Source: a virus. Taken from it: a DNA stretch of 64,000 bases. Position 1 is the first letter of the stretch. Each line of letters opens with the position of its first letter. Under the pieces are notes generated by a model. It was not told the origin of the DNA, did not search any database, and saw only the letters and a program-made list of their open reading frames with translations. Shown in pieces: positions 28,222 to 38,368 of the stretch. Where the stretch lies: the IMG/VR virus record IMGVR_UViG_3300040815_002027. The stretch is one strand, 5' to 3'. The translations under genes were made by a program, and so were the position numbers.

Positions 28222-29319
28222 ATGACTAAATTAAAGATATTATTAGAACAAGTTTTAAAAGAGCGTATAACTGATGAAGTCTATCACCTGACTACCACAC
28301 GAAGAGCTTTGTCTATTTTAGAGTCAGATACTTTTAAAGCATCTACTGTATTTGGAACATATTTAGATACGAAACAATTAATTAGAGAAATATTAAAGGA
28401 GAAAACAATTAATAATTTGGGATTAATGACCCAAATATTATATCATGGCACAAAGTATGAATTTGATAAATTTGATTTAAATTTTTTTAATAGTGGTTCT
28501 GGAGATGGTGGATGGCTAGGTTATGGTATTTATTTAACTAATGATTATGAATATGCTGAATCATATGGTAATGTTTTGGAGTGTAAGATTAATATTAAAA
28601 CCCCATATATTATTTCAGAATTTAGTTATAGTAGAAGTCCAGAAAAATTAGCCAATGAATTAGGTGTTAAAAATGCTAGAGAAATTACAAAAAAATTAAT
28701 AAAAGAGGGCTATGATTCAGTTGTTTTAACCTATCCAGATAAAGGTTACACTAAAGACGATGAATATAGTGAATTTATAGAGATATGCGTTTTTAATCCA
28801 AATGATATTCAAATAATGAATAATTTAAATGAACAACAAATATCCTTACATAAAAGTGAGTTGTTTGCCTTAGAAGATGATATACTAAAAAACATTCCAG
28901 ATGGTTACTTATATCATGGTTCAAATAACATATCTTACTTTAATGATACGTCTGATATAGATACATCAAACAATACGGTTAATGCTAAAAGTAAATATTT
29001 ATTTTTAACACCAAACAAGTTAACAGCATTCAATTATTCTACAATAAATAATGGTATGAATGTTAAAATAAGTGATAAAAGTGGTGTTTTATCGTTTGCT
29101 TTAAAAAAAGCTAAAGGTAAGAAATTAACATCAAACGAACTAAAATATAGTAATATGGTTGAGTTTGAAGAGATATTAGATTATTACAAAAACAAAGGCT
29201 ATGATTATGTGATAATAGTACCAGATGGTAGAAACTATGCTATACTAAATCCTAGTATATTAAAAATAGTAAGTAAAACATATACATATGATATTATTAA
29301 TAATCAAACTATAAATTAA
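28222..29319 (+). CDS. chimeric protein: leader plus two ART-like domains
   Basis: LYHGT..GYGIYLT..YAESYG..GYDSV and LYHGS..LFLT..AFNYS..GYDYV. Confidence 0.7.
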   Translation: MTKLKILLEQVLKERITDEVYHLTTTRRALSILESDTFKASTVFGTYLDTKQLIREILKEKTINNLGLMTQILYHGTKYEFDKFDLNFFNSGSGDGGWLGYGIYLTNDYEYAESYGNVLECKINIKTPYIISEFSYSRSPEKLANELGVKNAREITKKLIKEGYDSVVLTYPDKGYTKDDEYSEFIEICVFNPNDIQIMNNLNEQQISLHKSELFALEDDILKNIPDGYLYHGSNNISYFNDTSDIDTSNNTVNAKSKYLFLTPNKLTAFNYSTINNGMNVKISDKSGVLSFALKKAKGKKLTSNELKYSNMVEFEEILDYYKNKGYDYVIIVPDGRNYAILNPSILKIVSKTYTYDIINNQTIN

Positions 29320-29411
29320 AATCCAAGATAATAAAAAAGTGGAAAGATATATTAGATAATTATATAGAAAAGCAAAACTAAGATATATTTATACATAAAA
29401 CCTATTCTATA

Positions 29412-29834
29412 ATGAAAACTCACAAACTAAAAGTAACTCTTAACGAGATAAAAAGAATGCAAGAATTGGCAGGAATACAGACTTTAAAAGAGTCGATGTC
29501 TAATAACCAAAATATAGAAGTTATTGTAAATTTTAAAAAATCACAATTAGAATTTTATGACCCAGAAGAACACGATTTAATTGGGTCTTTTGAGTTTGAA
29601 CCTCTTGCGAATGGGACTATTGATACTGACAAAACAGGTATCTTAGATTTATTTAAAAATGATTATAGTTTTAATATCTTAATAAAAGGTATAGATTATG
29701 AAGGTAAAGAACTAAGAAATTTAGAAATGGACGATGTTATAAGGAATCCTAAAGACCTTATGGATACATTAAACGATGCTGTTCTTGATTACGATAGTAT
29801 GATGAATCTTGATGCTATGGGAAAACTTGGTTAA
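29412..29834 (+). CDS. hypothetical late protein with EIKRMQELAGI motif
   Basis: ORF track; downstream of TATTTATA. Confidence 0.75.
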   Translation: MKTHKLKVTLNEIKRMQELAGIQTLKESMSNNQNIEVIVNFKKSQLEFYDPEEHDLIGSFEFEPLANGTIDTDKTGILDLFKNDYSFNILIKGIDYEGKELRNLEMDDVIRNPKDLMDTLNDAVLDYDSMMNLDAMGKLG

Positions 29835-29878
29835 TATAAAAACTACATACTTATACACAAACAAACAATTTAAACATT

Positions 29879-30469
29879 ATGAAATTACACAGTTTATTTT
29901 TTATTTTAATGTTATCTCTTTTTAGTTGTTCAACTGAGGGAGATGTAGACACAACAGAACAGGAAGGAAAAGATACAGTAATTGTAGATGTTCCTACAGG
30001 AGATGTGGTTGATGCTCCTGTTGTTTCCGCTCCTATAAAAAAGAAGAAGCCAGTTTTAAAACAAGAAGACTTGCCTAAATCTCCAGATGGTAGTGTTGTA
30101 GAAATGTCTACAGAAGAAGTAGAGGAGTCAGTAGTAACTCCTCCTATCTTTTTTGACTGTGAGCTTAAAAAAAGAGAAAGATCTCAGATGAGATGCTCAG
30201 AAAAGTATTTACAGTCTTATGTAGAAGAGCATATTGAGTTTGAAGCAGAACAAGGAGTAGAACATTATGCTTCTGTTAAGTTTAGTATTAGAGCTAACGG
30301 ATCAACAGGAACCGTAACTATTTTAGGCACTAGTGACGATCAGTTCGGTGCAGCTGTTGTAAAAGTTATAAAAAAACTCAATGTAGATGGTCTTATGTGG
30401 ACTCCAGCTTATAAAGACGGAGAAGCTATTAATTATGACTATTATACTGAGTTTGAGATAAAGTATTAA
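29879..30469 (+). CDS. lipoprotein with TonB C-terminal-like domain
   Basis: LFS|C lipobox, Pro/acidic linker, VKFSIRANG...WTPAYKDGEAI. Confidence 0.7.
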   Translation: MKLHSLFFILMLSLFSCSTEGDVDTTEQEGKDTVIVDVPTGDVVDAPVVSAPIKKKKPVLKQEDLPKSPDGSVVEMSTEEVEESVVTPPIFFDCELKKRERSQMRCSEKYLQSYVEEHIEFEAEQGVEHYASVKFSIRANGSTGTVTILGTSDDQFGAAVVKVIKKLNVDGLMWTPAYKDGEAINYDYYTEFEIKY

Positions 30470-30493
30470 TATTTAGTGTATTTTTAGTAACTT

Positions 30494-30529
30494 AAAGGAG
30501 ACTTACAGTAATGTTTGTCTCCTTTTTTT
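30494..30529 (+). terminator. intrinsic terminator
   Basis: AAAGGAGAC...GTCTCCTTT followed by T tract. Confidence 0.75.
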
Positions 30530-30688
30530 ATATTTATATTAAAGTATTATTATGATTATAGAGAGTCCGCTCCCGCTAATTTTACTGTATACATTTCTGT
30601 TTATTATAGTAGGATATGGTATAAAGTTTCATCAAGATGGTGTTACTTTTAAAGATTTGTACCGTAGTTTAAAAGATAAGTTTAGAAA

Positions 30689-32335
30689 ATGAAACACCAA
30701 GAAAAATATATAAAACTTATATTAGAGAATCTTTCTAGTATTAATAATTTAGAAGAAGATATAACAGCAGGAAGAGCTGTAGTATACCATAGAACAGGTA
30801 ATGATGCAACGGTAAAAGGGGTATCAACAAATGGATATAGGGTAGGAGTCGGAGCTTATTATGGTGCTGGAATCTATACTTGCTATGAATTAGAATCTCA
30901 ACTAAGATCAGAAATGAAGAATAGTTACGGCAGTATTTTAATTGAAAATAAAGTAAGAACTTTAGATGATTTTATAATTTTTGACTATGATATAGCTAAA
31001 AAGATATACAAATCAAACTACACCTTGGATAAGCAACTTCAAAAAATTCTAGGTAACGAGTGGAGTAAGTATAAGAACAATAAATACTTAAAAGAAATAA
31101 TAGAGTCTACAGAAAAAGCTCAAGGAGGATTTACTTCCAATGTAGCTCAAGCGTTTTATAATAGTTTCAGTGAAACTATAGTGAGAAAATGTAGGGGCAT
31201 GATTATGTATGGGCGAAAGGATGGAAAAACATTATTAGCTTATGATGCCAAAAATATAGTACCTATAAGATACTCTTTAGATGATGGTAAAACCTGGAAA
31301 AATGTTTTAACTAAAGATTTTTATAAACACATAAAAAAGTTAAACCCTAAACCTAAAGATGCAGGAATTTCTCATGATATTTCGAATTTAGATAGGGGGG
31401 TATTCGCTCCTGCTGATAGGTTTAAGAAATTATCTGATTATGATAAAAATAGATTTATAGATATAATTATACAAAAAAAATTAAACTCTATACCGAAAGA
31501 GTACGCTGAGTATCTTCCAAAAGAATCTAGGGATAAATATGTAAACTATATTTTAAAAATAGCAACACTAAAAGACCCCAATTTTAGTATAACTGCTTCT
31601 GATTTTTTAAATTGGCCAAAAGACATACAAGACAAGTTTTTGGATGGGATTATCAAACTAAATTTTAACTCTGATACTGAAACTTATGCAACTTTTACGG
31701 GTATGTCTGAGTTAAGTGGAAGCGATTTTGTTAAACTTGATAAAAAAACTAGAAATAATCTAAATAGACTATTTACTAAATATCCTAATTTTAGAAAGGT
31801 ATCTATAGAGCAGATAAAATCTATGAATTTTGACCAACTAAAAGATATATTTGTTAAGAAAAAGCACGAATTTAACGGTTTAGAAACAAGGCCAGATTTA
31901 ATAAAAATAATCCCAGAACCATTACAAATTTTATGGGTTAAGCAGTATAATGGTACTTTTGGTAATGAGATCCTAAATGCTATTAAGTCTGTAAGAGTAA
32001 AAAAGTATATAGCAGATAAATTATCTGAAAAAAGCGATAGGATACCATCTAGTATATGGAGGTATTTTACCACAGAACAAAGAAGAGAGTATATAAATAG
32101 CATTGTTGAGCGTAATAATACTACAAAGTACCCAGTAATATTACCAGCTGAAGTTCTTTCTGATAAGGAAAATAAATACTATATAGACAATGTATTAGAA
32201 ATTGGAGATAAACTACCAGTTAACTATTTTGATAAGCTCCCACAAAACTTAAAAGACTATTATTCTGAAAAATATAATTCAAAAAATAAGTTAAAAAATA
32301 TTGCAGAAATATTTATCAAGAAATATAAGAAATAA
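30689..32335 (+). CDS. protein with N-terminal ART/PARP-like domain and helical C-terminus
   Basis: VYHRT...GAYYGAGIYT; KYIKLILE leader-like start. Confidence 0.6.
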   Translation: MKHQEKYIKLILENLSSINNLEEDITAGRAVVYHRTGNDATVKGVSTNGYRVGVGAYYGAGIYTCYELESQLRSEMKNSYGSILIENKVRTLDDFIIFDYDIAKKIYKSNYTLDKQLQKILGNEWSKYKNNKYLKEIIESTEKAQGGFTSNVAQAFYNSFSETIVRKCRGMIMYGRKDGKTLLAYDAKNIVPIRYSLDDGKTWKNVLTKDFYKHIKKLNPKPKDAGISHDISNLDRGVFAPADRFKKLSDYDKNRFIDIIIQKKLNSIPKEYAEYLPKESRDKYVNYILKIATLKDPNFSITASDFLNWPKDIQDKFLDGIIKLNFNSDTETYATFTGMSELSGSDFVKLDKKTRNNLNRLFTKYPNFRKVSIEQIKSMNFDQLKDIFVKKKHEFNGLETRPDLIKIIPEPLQILWVKQYNGTFGNEILNAIKSVRVKKYIADKLSEKSDRIPSSIWRYFTTEQRREYINSIVERNNTTKYPVILPAEVLSDKENKYYIDNVLEIGDKLPVNYFDKLPQNLKDYYSEKYNSKNKLKNIAEIFIKKYKK

Positions 32336-32357
32336 TGCAAAAGCTAAAAGAAAATAA

Positions 32358-33062
32358 ATGATAAACTTCTGTAACTATACCTGGATAACAAAAGAAAGAT
32401 GGGGAGAAGTACATCCAGATAAACCTTATGTCTGGTATGATAGTGATAGTGTTGTGCAGAATAGTAGTACAGAGATAAGTTTAATATCTAAATATAAGCC
32501 AAAGTATTTTGAACATATAGGAAGAACTGCTCAAATGGCAGTAGGGTTATTATCTTCTACCGAAAAATTTGGGTATGGTAGATTTGATCTTGAAGCAAAG
32601 CTTCCAAACCTACCTTATAGTTGGCCCGCCTTTTGGATGTGGTCTTGGTCAGATTGGCCGCCAGAAATAGATGTATTTGAAGGGTATAGTGATAAGAAAG
32701 GAAGGTACGATTTATCGTTATGGTCTAAAATATTTAATAATATATTCTATAAAGTAGAATCAAATATACACATTAAAGATAGAGATACTAAATGGGATAT
32801 AGGAGGAAGACCTCACTTTTTTGGTCATAGGGACCCAAGATATAATTTTAACAAATATTCAGTTATATGGACACCGAGATTGATATCTTTTTACTATAAT
32901 GATACTTTAGTCAGAAAAGTAGAGGACGGTAGAGTTTTACAGTTAGTAAATGGTCATAAAATGAACGTGATTATAAACACGAGCTGTTACAGATACCATA
33001 AAGATCATCTCAAAAATGTGGGGGAGATGAAAATAAAAAACTTTAAGTACACAAGTTTATAA
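32358..33062 (+). CDS. glycoside hydrolase family 16
   Basis: FGYGRFDLEAKLP, WPAFWM, EIDVFE catalytic motif. Confidence 0.85.
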   Translation: MINFCNYTWITKERWGEVHPDKPYVWYDSDSVVQNSSTEISLISKYKPKYFEHIGRTAQMAVGLLSSTEKFGYGRFDLEAKLPNLPYSWPAFWMWSWSDWPPEIDVFEGYSDKKGRYDLSLWSKIFNNIFYKVESNIHIKDRDTKWDIGGRPHFFGHRDPRYNFNKYSVIWTPRLISFYYNDTLVRKVEDGRVLQLVNGHKMNVIINTSCYRYHKDHLKNVGEMKIKNFKYTSL

Positions 33063-33103
33063 ATTTTTTACTATATTTGTGTTTTTAAACAAAACTCATA
33101 ATT

Positions 33104-33265
33104 ATGAAAGTTTTAATTATTACTTCTGTAGTTATCTTAATTGGGGTAGGTCTATACTACTCTATTAAGAACTACCTTAATGAAGAAAGAGAAAAAGATT
33201 TAACTGTTAGTGGTAAGAACGTTAAGACCACAAGTACCCCAAGAAAAAAATCTACAAAGAAATAA
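33104..33265 (+). CDS. small membrane-anchored basic protein
   Basis: MKVLIITSVVILIGVGLYY...; promoter TATATTTG at 33072. Confidence 0.6.
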   Translation: MKVLIITSVVILIGVGLYYSIKNYLNEEREKDLTVSGKNVKTTSTPRKKSTKK

Positions 33266-33434
33266 CTCGATTTCTTCCTTTTTACCTCCCTGTTTAGGGA
33301 GGTTTTTTCTAACCTTAAAAATTTAAAAGTTATGACATTAATTTCAGTTATTGGAGCATTATTCATCGCAGTAGCCATTTACCTAGCAGTAGAAGACGCA
33401 AAAAATTGTTAACACCTATTTATAATAAAAGCCT

Positions 33435-33668
33435 ATGCAAGAAAGTATAAAAAGAATAGGAGATAAATGGGTTGTTTATCCTAAAAAAGGCGGGAGCAGA
33501 CTCGGAACTCACTCCTCTAAAGAAAAAGCACAAAAACAACTATCTGCTATAGAAATAAGTAAAAAAGAAAGAGGTGTAAAAGAATACATCAAACAAAGAA
33601 TGGTAGATGTAAAAGATAAGAGATTGTTCTTAGAAAGATTATTAGAAAAATGTAAATGTAAAAATTAA
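33435..33668 (+). CDS. small phage protein
   Basis: LGTHSSKEKAQKQLSAIEISK. Confidence 0.75.
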   Translation: MQESIKRIGDKWVVYPKKGGSRLGTHSSKEKAQKQLSAIEISKKERGVKEYIKQRMVDVKDKRLFLERLLEKCKCKN

Positions 33669-33671
33669 ATT

Positions 33672-33863
33672 ATGGATGATAGACAATTTGAACAATGGTC
33701 TACAGGGTTTATAGCCTTATTAGTATTAACCCTTATTATATACACTATAAAAAGAATGACCAATACTTTTGTAAATATCTCTTTTGTAGAAATATGGGGG
33801 TCATTGGTAATACTACTAAATATAGTATCTGGTCTTTTGATTTTACAAAAAAAAGAAGAATGA
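33672..33863 (+). CDS. small two-TM protein (holin candidate)
   Basis: Two hydrophobic segments, charged C-terminus, 2 kb upstream of endolysin. Confidence 0.45.
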   Translation: MDDRQFEQWSTGFIALLVLTLIIYTIKRMTNTFVNISFVEIWGSLVILLNIVSGLLILQKKEE

Positions 33864-33885
33864 TATTTATAGATAAACCATTTGA

Positions 33886-35748
33886 ATGTGGAATCTATTT
33901 AAAGCTCAGCTTATGGCTGAGTATTCTCCTACAACCTACCTTATAAAAGACCTAAACAAGTTAGGTAGACATGGGAGGTATATAGAGCCATTATATCAAA
34001 GACATATAGACATCACATCTGGAGGGAGACTATTGCCAAGAATAGGACTCCCTCAAGCTTTTGAGTACTACTTTAAAGCTGTTGCTATAGCTAATAGATT
34101 TGGACTTAGCGACAATAACCCAAACTTATCTAACCAACTAAAGATACAGCACTTAGCTTACTGGACTGGTAGAATAATAGACAGTCCTACAGCCATAGTT
34201 ATAACATTATTTCCTGGTATATGGACTGATATCTTTTTTAAACCTAACTTTTTACCTAGTGCTAAGAAATGGATAGACGCATTAAGTTTGTCTATGTACT
34301 TACAAAAGTGTAGTGTATTAGGCATAAGAATAAGTAAAGTACCTCCTTTTATAGTAACTCCTTGGTCTGGATTTATGTACAAAAGTTTAGATGGAGGACT
34401 TTCTTTAGGCTCTATTGTAGGGTCTATTCTAGATCAGTTTAATTTAACACTTGATGTATTTAGTGCTATTGTGTATAGAGGAGATACTTCTGTACTGAAC
34501 CCCTTAAAACCCATATATGCTAATGCTATAAATTCTGTACTGACTCCTGAAGTTTACGAGTTAGCTAACTCTATACCAAATTTATACGGACAGGATTTTA
34601 ACGGTATAGATTTGTCTGTGGGAGGTAATAATAAACCTGTAGAAGGAGTAATACTAAATTCTTTTGAAAGTATATGTAAAGGATTTCTATCTCAGTATGC
34701 TACTGCCTCTTCTGGTGGAGGTTTCTTCTCCGCAGAAAATCCAAGACCAAACCTAACTATACTTGTTGGAGTTATAGGTTTAGAACAAGAGAAAAAAGAA
34801 TGGATAAACCAATATAGAAAAGGTATTACTGTAATATCTTATAATGAGTTAAGAAGACCTTTAGCCCAGGAGTATTATGAAAGATGGAGGCCAGGCAATA
34901 GAGGGCCTTACAGGTTAAGATACCCCTACGATGATGAGTTTGCGGAATATAACTTCTTTTCTGGAGAGAATATAACATACTCATACACTTCGAGAAGATA
35001 TGGCATAGGGATATCTTTTTCCGATTATATAAGATATAGAGACCCTTTATTTGATATTACTATGAAAAAAGCGGAAGATATGATCTATGAGCTTCTTATA
35101 GCAGGCCAACCAGTCGTATTTGACGCTAGAAATTTGGAGCGAGAAGACAGAAACAGACTACAGACAAACTTAAAAAGACGAATAGAATCAAAGATACAAT
35201 CAGATTTTTTAGATGAATTTAATTTACTTATAGATGAAAGATATTATAATAGAAGTCAATGGACAGAAGAGCAGAGACAAGAATACGATAAAAGAATAAG
35301 AGAGCTATTAGGAGTAACCTTTTCTATGAAAATATTTGATTATGAAGATATTTTTGCTGGAGATTTAGACTTCTTTAACTTCACAGAACTAAGAGAGTCA
35401 GAGTTAATAGATCAAGAGATAGTAAGTTCTTTATTACAAGATAATACTTTTATATCAGAGTTAGCAGAGTTTCAGCAAAACTCTCCAAATATAGAATCCT
35501 ATAAAGAGTATCCAAGAGATAACAACAAAGCAGCTTATCTAAAAAAATTACTATATAATAAAGTTATAGAAAATTACGATACTGAATACTTAAAAGAAGA
35601 AGGTATAAATGAAAGTTATGATCCAAGATTAATTAGACTTATAGTAGACACTCAAATAAGAAGATTTCAAGATGACAAAAGAGATAGAGAGAGATCTATA
35701 GAGAATCCTAGAGCATATAGAGATAATTATTCATTAATAACAATATAA
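33886..35748 (+). CDS. large hypothetical protein with degenerate P-loop-kinase-like segment
   Basis: LTILVGVIG (no GKS/T), VVFDARNLEREDR. Confidence 0.6.
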   Translation: MWNLFKAQLMAEYSPTTYLIKDLNKLGRHGRYIEPLYQRHIDITSGGRLLPRIGLPQAFEYYFKAVAIANRFGLSDNNPNLSNQLKIQHLAYWTGRIIDSPTAIVITLFPGIWTDIFFKPNFLPSAKKWIDALSLSMYLQKCSVLGIRISKVPPFIVTPWSGFMYKSLDGGLSLGSIVGSILDQFNLTLDVFSAIVYRGDTSVLNPLKPIYANAINSVLTPEVYELANSIPNLYGQDFNGIDLSVGGNNKPVEGVILNSFESICKGFLSQYATASSGGGFFSAENPRPNLTILVGVIGLEQEKKEWINQYRKGITVISYNELRRPLAQEYYERWRPGNRGPYRLRYPYDDEFAEYNFFSGENITYSYTSRRYGIGISFSDYIRYRDPLFDITMKKAEDMIYELLIAGQPVVFDARNLEREDRNRLQTNLKRRIESKIQSDFLDEFNLLIDERYYNRSQWTEEQRQEYDKRIRELLGVTFSMKIFDYEDIFAGDLDFFNFTELRESELIDQEIVSSLLQDNTFISELAEFQQNSPNIESYKEYPRDNNKAAYLKKLLYNKVIENYDTEYLKEEGINESYDPRLIRLIVDTQIRRFQDDKRDRERSIENPRAYRDNYSLITI

Positions 35749-35751
35749 GAA

Positions 35752-36645
35752 ATGTATTACAGATTTGGATCAAAAGGAGATAAAGTAAGAGAAATACAAA
35801 TAGCTTTAAAACTACACGTTGACGGTATTTACGGTAGAATGACAGAAGCTGCGGTAAAAAACTTTCAGATAAAAAATGGAATGCATCCTGATGGAGTAGC
35901 TTCTCCAGATGTACTGAACTTACTACTAGGAGATAACTATACTACCGACACTCTAGAAAGTTTCTATAAGGAAGGTAATTTTATAAGAAGATGGTTAAGG
36001 GAAGGGGAGTATACAGAAGAACCTGTAAAGAAAGAATACATATTCTTACACCATACAGCAGGCAGCTACCACCCTTTTTACACAATTGATGGTTGGGAGA
36101 GAGATAAAAGAGGAAGAGTGGCTACTGAGTTTGTTATTGGAGGCAGGTCCTTTTTAGGTACAAATGACTATGACGGTCTTATAGTACAAGCATTTCCAGA
36201 TGATTGCTGGGCATATCATTTAGGAGTTCCTAACCAGTACTTAGAAAAATACTCGGTAGGTATAGAGATATGTAATTTTGGTAAATTAACCGAAAAAGAA
36301 GGTAAATATTTTAACTATTTAGGGCAGGAAGTACCAGAAGATCAAGTTTGTGTACTAAAAGAAGAATATAGAGGGAGTAAATACTATCATAACTACACAG
36401 AAAAGCAGATAGTAGCACTTGAGAGACTTATTAAGTTCTTAGCAGATAAACACTCAATAGACCTAGAAAAAGGTCTAAAAACATGGCTAAAAACGTTTTC
36501 TCCTACTATTGCCTTTGATTTTTACTCAGATGCTATACAAGGTAAGGTAAAAGGACTTTTATCGCATACAAATGTCAGAAAAGGTCACGAGAAGCAAGAC
36601 ATATATCCACATCCAGGAATACTAGATATGCTTAATAGATTATGA
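35752..36645 (+). CDS. endolysin: peptidoglycan-binding domain plus Amidase_2
   Basis: DGIYGRMTEAAVKNFQ; LHHTAG, AYHLG, SVGIEICN, SH...KQD. Confidence 0.9.
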   Translation: MYYRFGSKGDKVREIQIALKLHVDGIYGRMTEAAVKNFQIKNGMHPDGVASPDVLNLLLGDNYTTDTLESFYKEGNFIRRWLREGEYTEEPVKKEYIFLHHTAGSYHPFYTIDGWERDKRGRVATEFVIGGRSFLGTNDYDGLIVQAFPDDCWAYHLGVPNQYLEKYSVGIEICNFGKLTEKEGKYFNYLGQEVPEDQVCVLKEEYRGSKYYHNYTEKQIVALERLIKFLADKHSIDLEKGLKTWLKTFSPTIAFDFYSDAIQGKVKGLLSHTNVRKGHEKQDIYPHPGILDMLNRL

Positions 36646-37065
36646 TATACCTTTAACTAAATGATCTTCTATATACTTTATAATCATTTTTATATCTTTT
36701 ATAGAATAAAACTCTCCTATAATTTCACCATCAGCATATAGCAGGTAGGTTTTCTTATTATTTCTAATTAAACCTTCTGCAATTCTTAAATCTACACCAT
36801 TTACATTCTTTTGGGCGATAGGGTTGTCATAGTTAAACGCCTTCTGTCTAATATCGTCTTTTCTTCTCCCAAAAAAATTAGAGACATCTCCATCAACATA
36901 GTTTGCTTCTATTTCCTTTTGAAGCTCTTCGGCTTCTTTTTTATCTAAAAACTTCCCCTTTACCGTATTGTCTAAAGCTGGTAATGCTATATTTTTTAAT
37001 TGTTCAACTTTATTTTCTGTTAGAAGAATTTTTATGTTGGTAGGAAGTAGTTCTTTTAGTTTCAT
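36640..37065 (-). CDS. hypothetical protein with MKLKELL leader
   Basis: ORF track. Confidence 0.75.
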   Translation of the reverse strand: MKLKELLPTNIKILLTENKVEQLKNIALPALDNTVKGKFLDKKEAEELQKEIEANYVDGDVSNFFGRRKDDIRQKAFNYDNPIAQKNVNGVDLRIAEGLIRNNKKTYLLYADGEIIGEFYSIKDIKMIIKYIEDHLVKGIS

Positions 37066-37094
37066 TTTATTTTAAGATAGCCGAGACTTGTTAA

Positions 37095-37517
37095 TTACTC
37101 AGATTTTATACTAATTTGTTTTGGTTGCTGACTTTCTTTATAAGGTATAGTAATACTTAAAATACCTTTGGATAGTTTAGCTTCTAGTTTTTCTAAATCA
37201 TATCTTCCAGATAGCTTATACCCTAAATCGAAAGAACGTTGTACAATAGACCTTACAATATAATTAACATCTTCGCCAATTTTTGGCTTATCGTATTTTA
37301 TACGTAAGGTATCTGCTGTTACTGTAATGGTAATATCCTCTAACTCTGCTCCTACACAAGCTAGTTGTAGTTGCAACCCCTCATCAGATTGGATTAAGTC
37401 AATAGGATAATTAATGTTGTTTTCTTTTACTGATAGATAATCAGCTTTTTGGTCGAAAAAATTCTTCAAGAAAACATCAACAGAAGAAAAAGGTACGGAA
37501 TTTACTTTTCTAATCAT
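37095..37517 (-). CDS. small heat-shock protein (Hsp20/alpha-crystallin)
   Basis: YPIDL, LACVG, RSIVQRSF, AKLSKGILSITIP. Confidence 0.9.
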   Translation of the reverse strand: MIRKVNSVPFSSVDVFLKNFFDQKADYLSVKENNINYPIDLIQSDEGLQLQLACVGAELEDITITVTADTLRIKYDKPKIGEDVNYIVRSIVQRSFDLGYKLSGRYDLEKLEAKLSKGILSITIPYKESQQPKQISIKSE

Positions 37518-37592
37518 TTCTAATAGTTTTGTGCCTCCTAAGATGGCAGTTAATAAATAAAATGCTCGGCTATCTTATTTACTATAAATATA

Positions 37593-38096
37593 CTAATTTA
37601 AGCACAAATCCTGCTCTAATTGACCTAAAAACTCGTATTTTACATAATACTTATGGTTAAAACCTTTAGGTCTTTCTTGGTTTTTAGATTTTAAAAAGAA
37701 TATTCCTTTTAAAAATAGATTTCTGTGTACAAATTTTTTTATTTCTTCTTCTGAATTTGAACTTAAATGTATCTCCCTATCCATGTGGTTTACTATGGCC
37801 ACTACTGCGTCCGTATCTTTAGGAGTACCTTTTGTTCTAATATTCAAAATATCATCTATTTGATCCAGATTAAAATCGTCATTAAGTAAATCTTCTGACT
37901 TGTCTAAACCAGAATCATCTAAATCATCTTCAGAATATTCAGGATCGAACATATCAAATATTATCTCATGGCCATCAACTAAATCTAACAGAGAGTCTAA
38001 TTCCCCAGCCATTATTTTTTGAACAACTATTATTTTAGACTCGTCTTCAAGATTCATGTAAAACGTGAAGAAATCAGAATAATCATAGTCTTTCAT
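37593..38096 (-). CDS. acidic hypothetical protein
   Basis: ORF track. Confidence 0.75.
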   Translation of the reverse strand: MKDYDYSDFFTFYMNLEDESKIIVVQKIMAGELDSLLDLVDGHEIIFDMFDPEYSEDDLDDSGLDKSEDLLNDDFNLDQIDDILNIRTKGTPKDTDAVVAIVNHMDREIHLSSNSEEEIKKFVHRNLFLKGIFFLKSKNQERPKGFNHKYYVKYEFLGQLEQDLCLN

Positions 38097-38368
38097 TATA
38101 TTTCGAATTTAAGTATATTAGGAAGATATTCAGGATCTCTATAATTAGCTTGAGTTTCGTTTGATAGGTTAGTGGTTATTTTTTTTACAATATTAGCGTA
38201 AGATTTAACCACATAGCCTTTCTTCTCTTTACTGTCACTCAAAGCTAAAAAAACTGTCCCTTTTTCAGATACAACATCGTACTTTTTAATTTTATTAGTA
38301 TAATAAGTTTTAAAAATAAGACCTAGTTCATAGGATTTTGTTATAGGGTTTTTAAATATTACTTTCAT
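38096..38368 (-). CDS. hypothetical protein
   Basis: ORF track. Confidence 0.7.
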   Translation of the reverse strand: MKVIFKNPITKSYELGLIFKTYYTNKIKKYDVVSEKGTVFLALSDSKEKKGYVVKSYANIVKKITTNLSNETQANYRDPEYLPNILKFEI

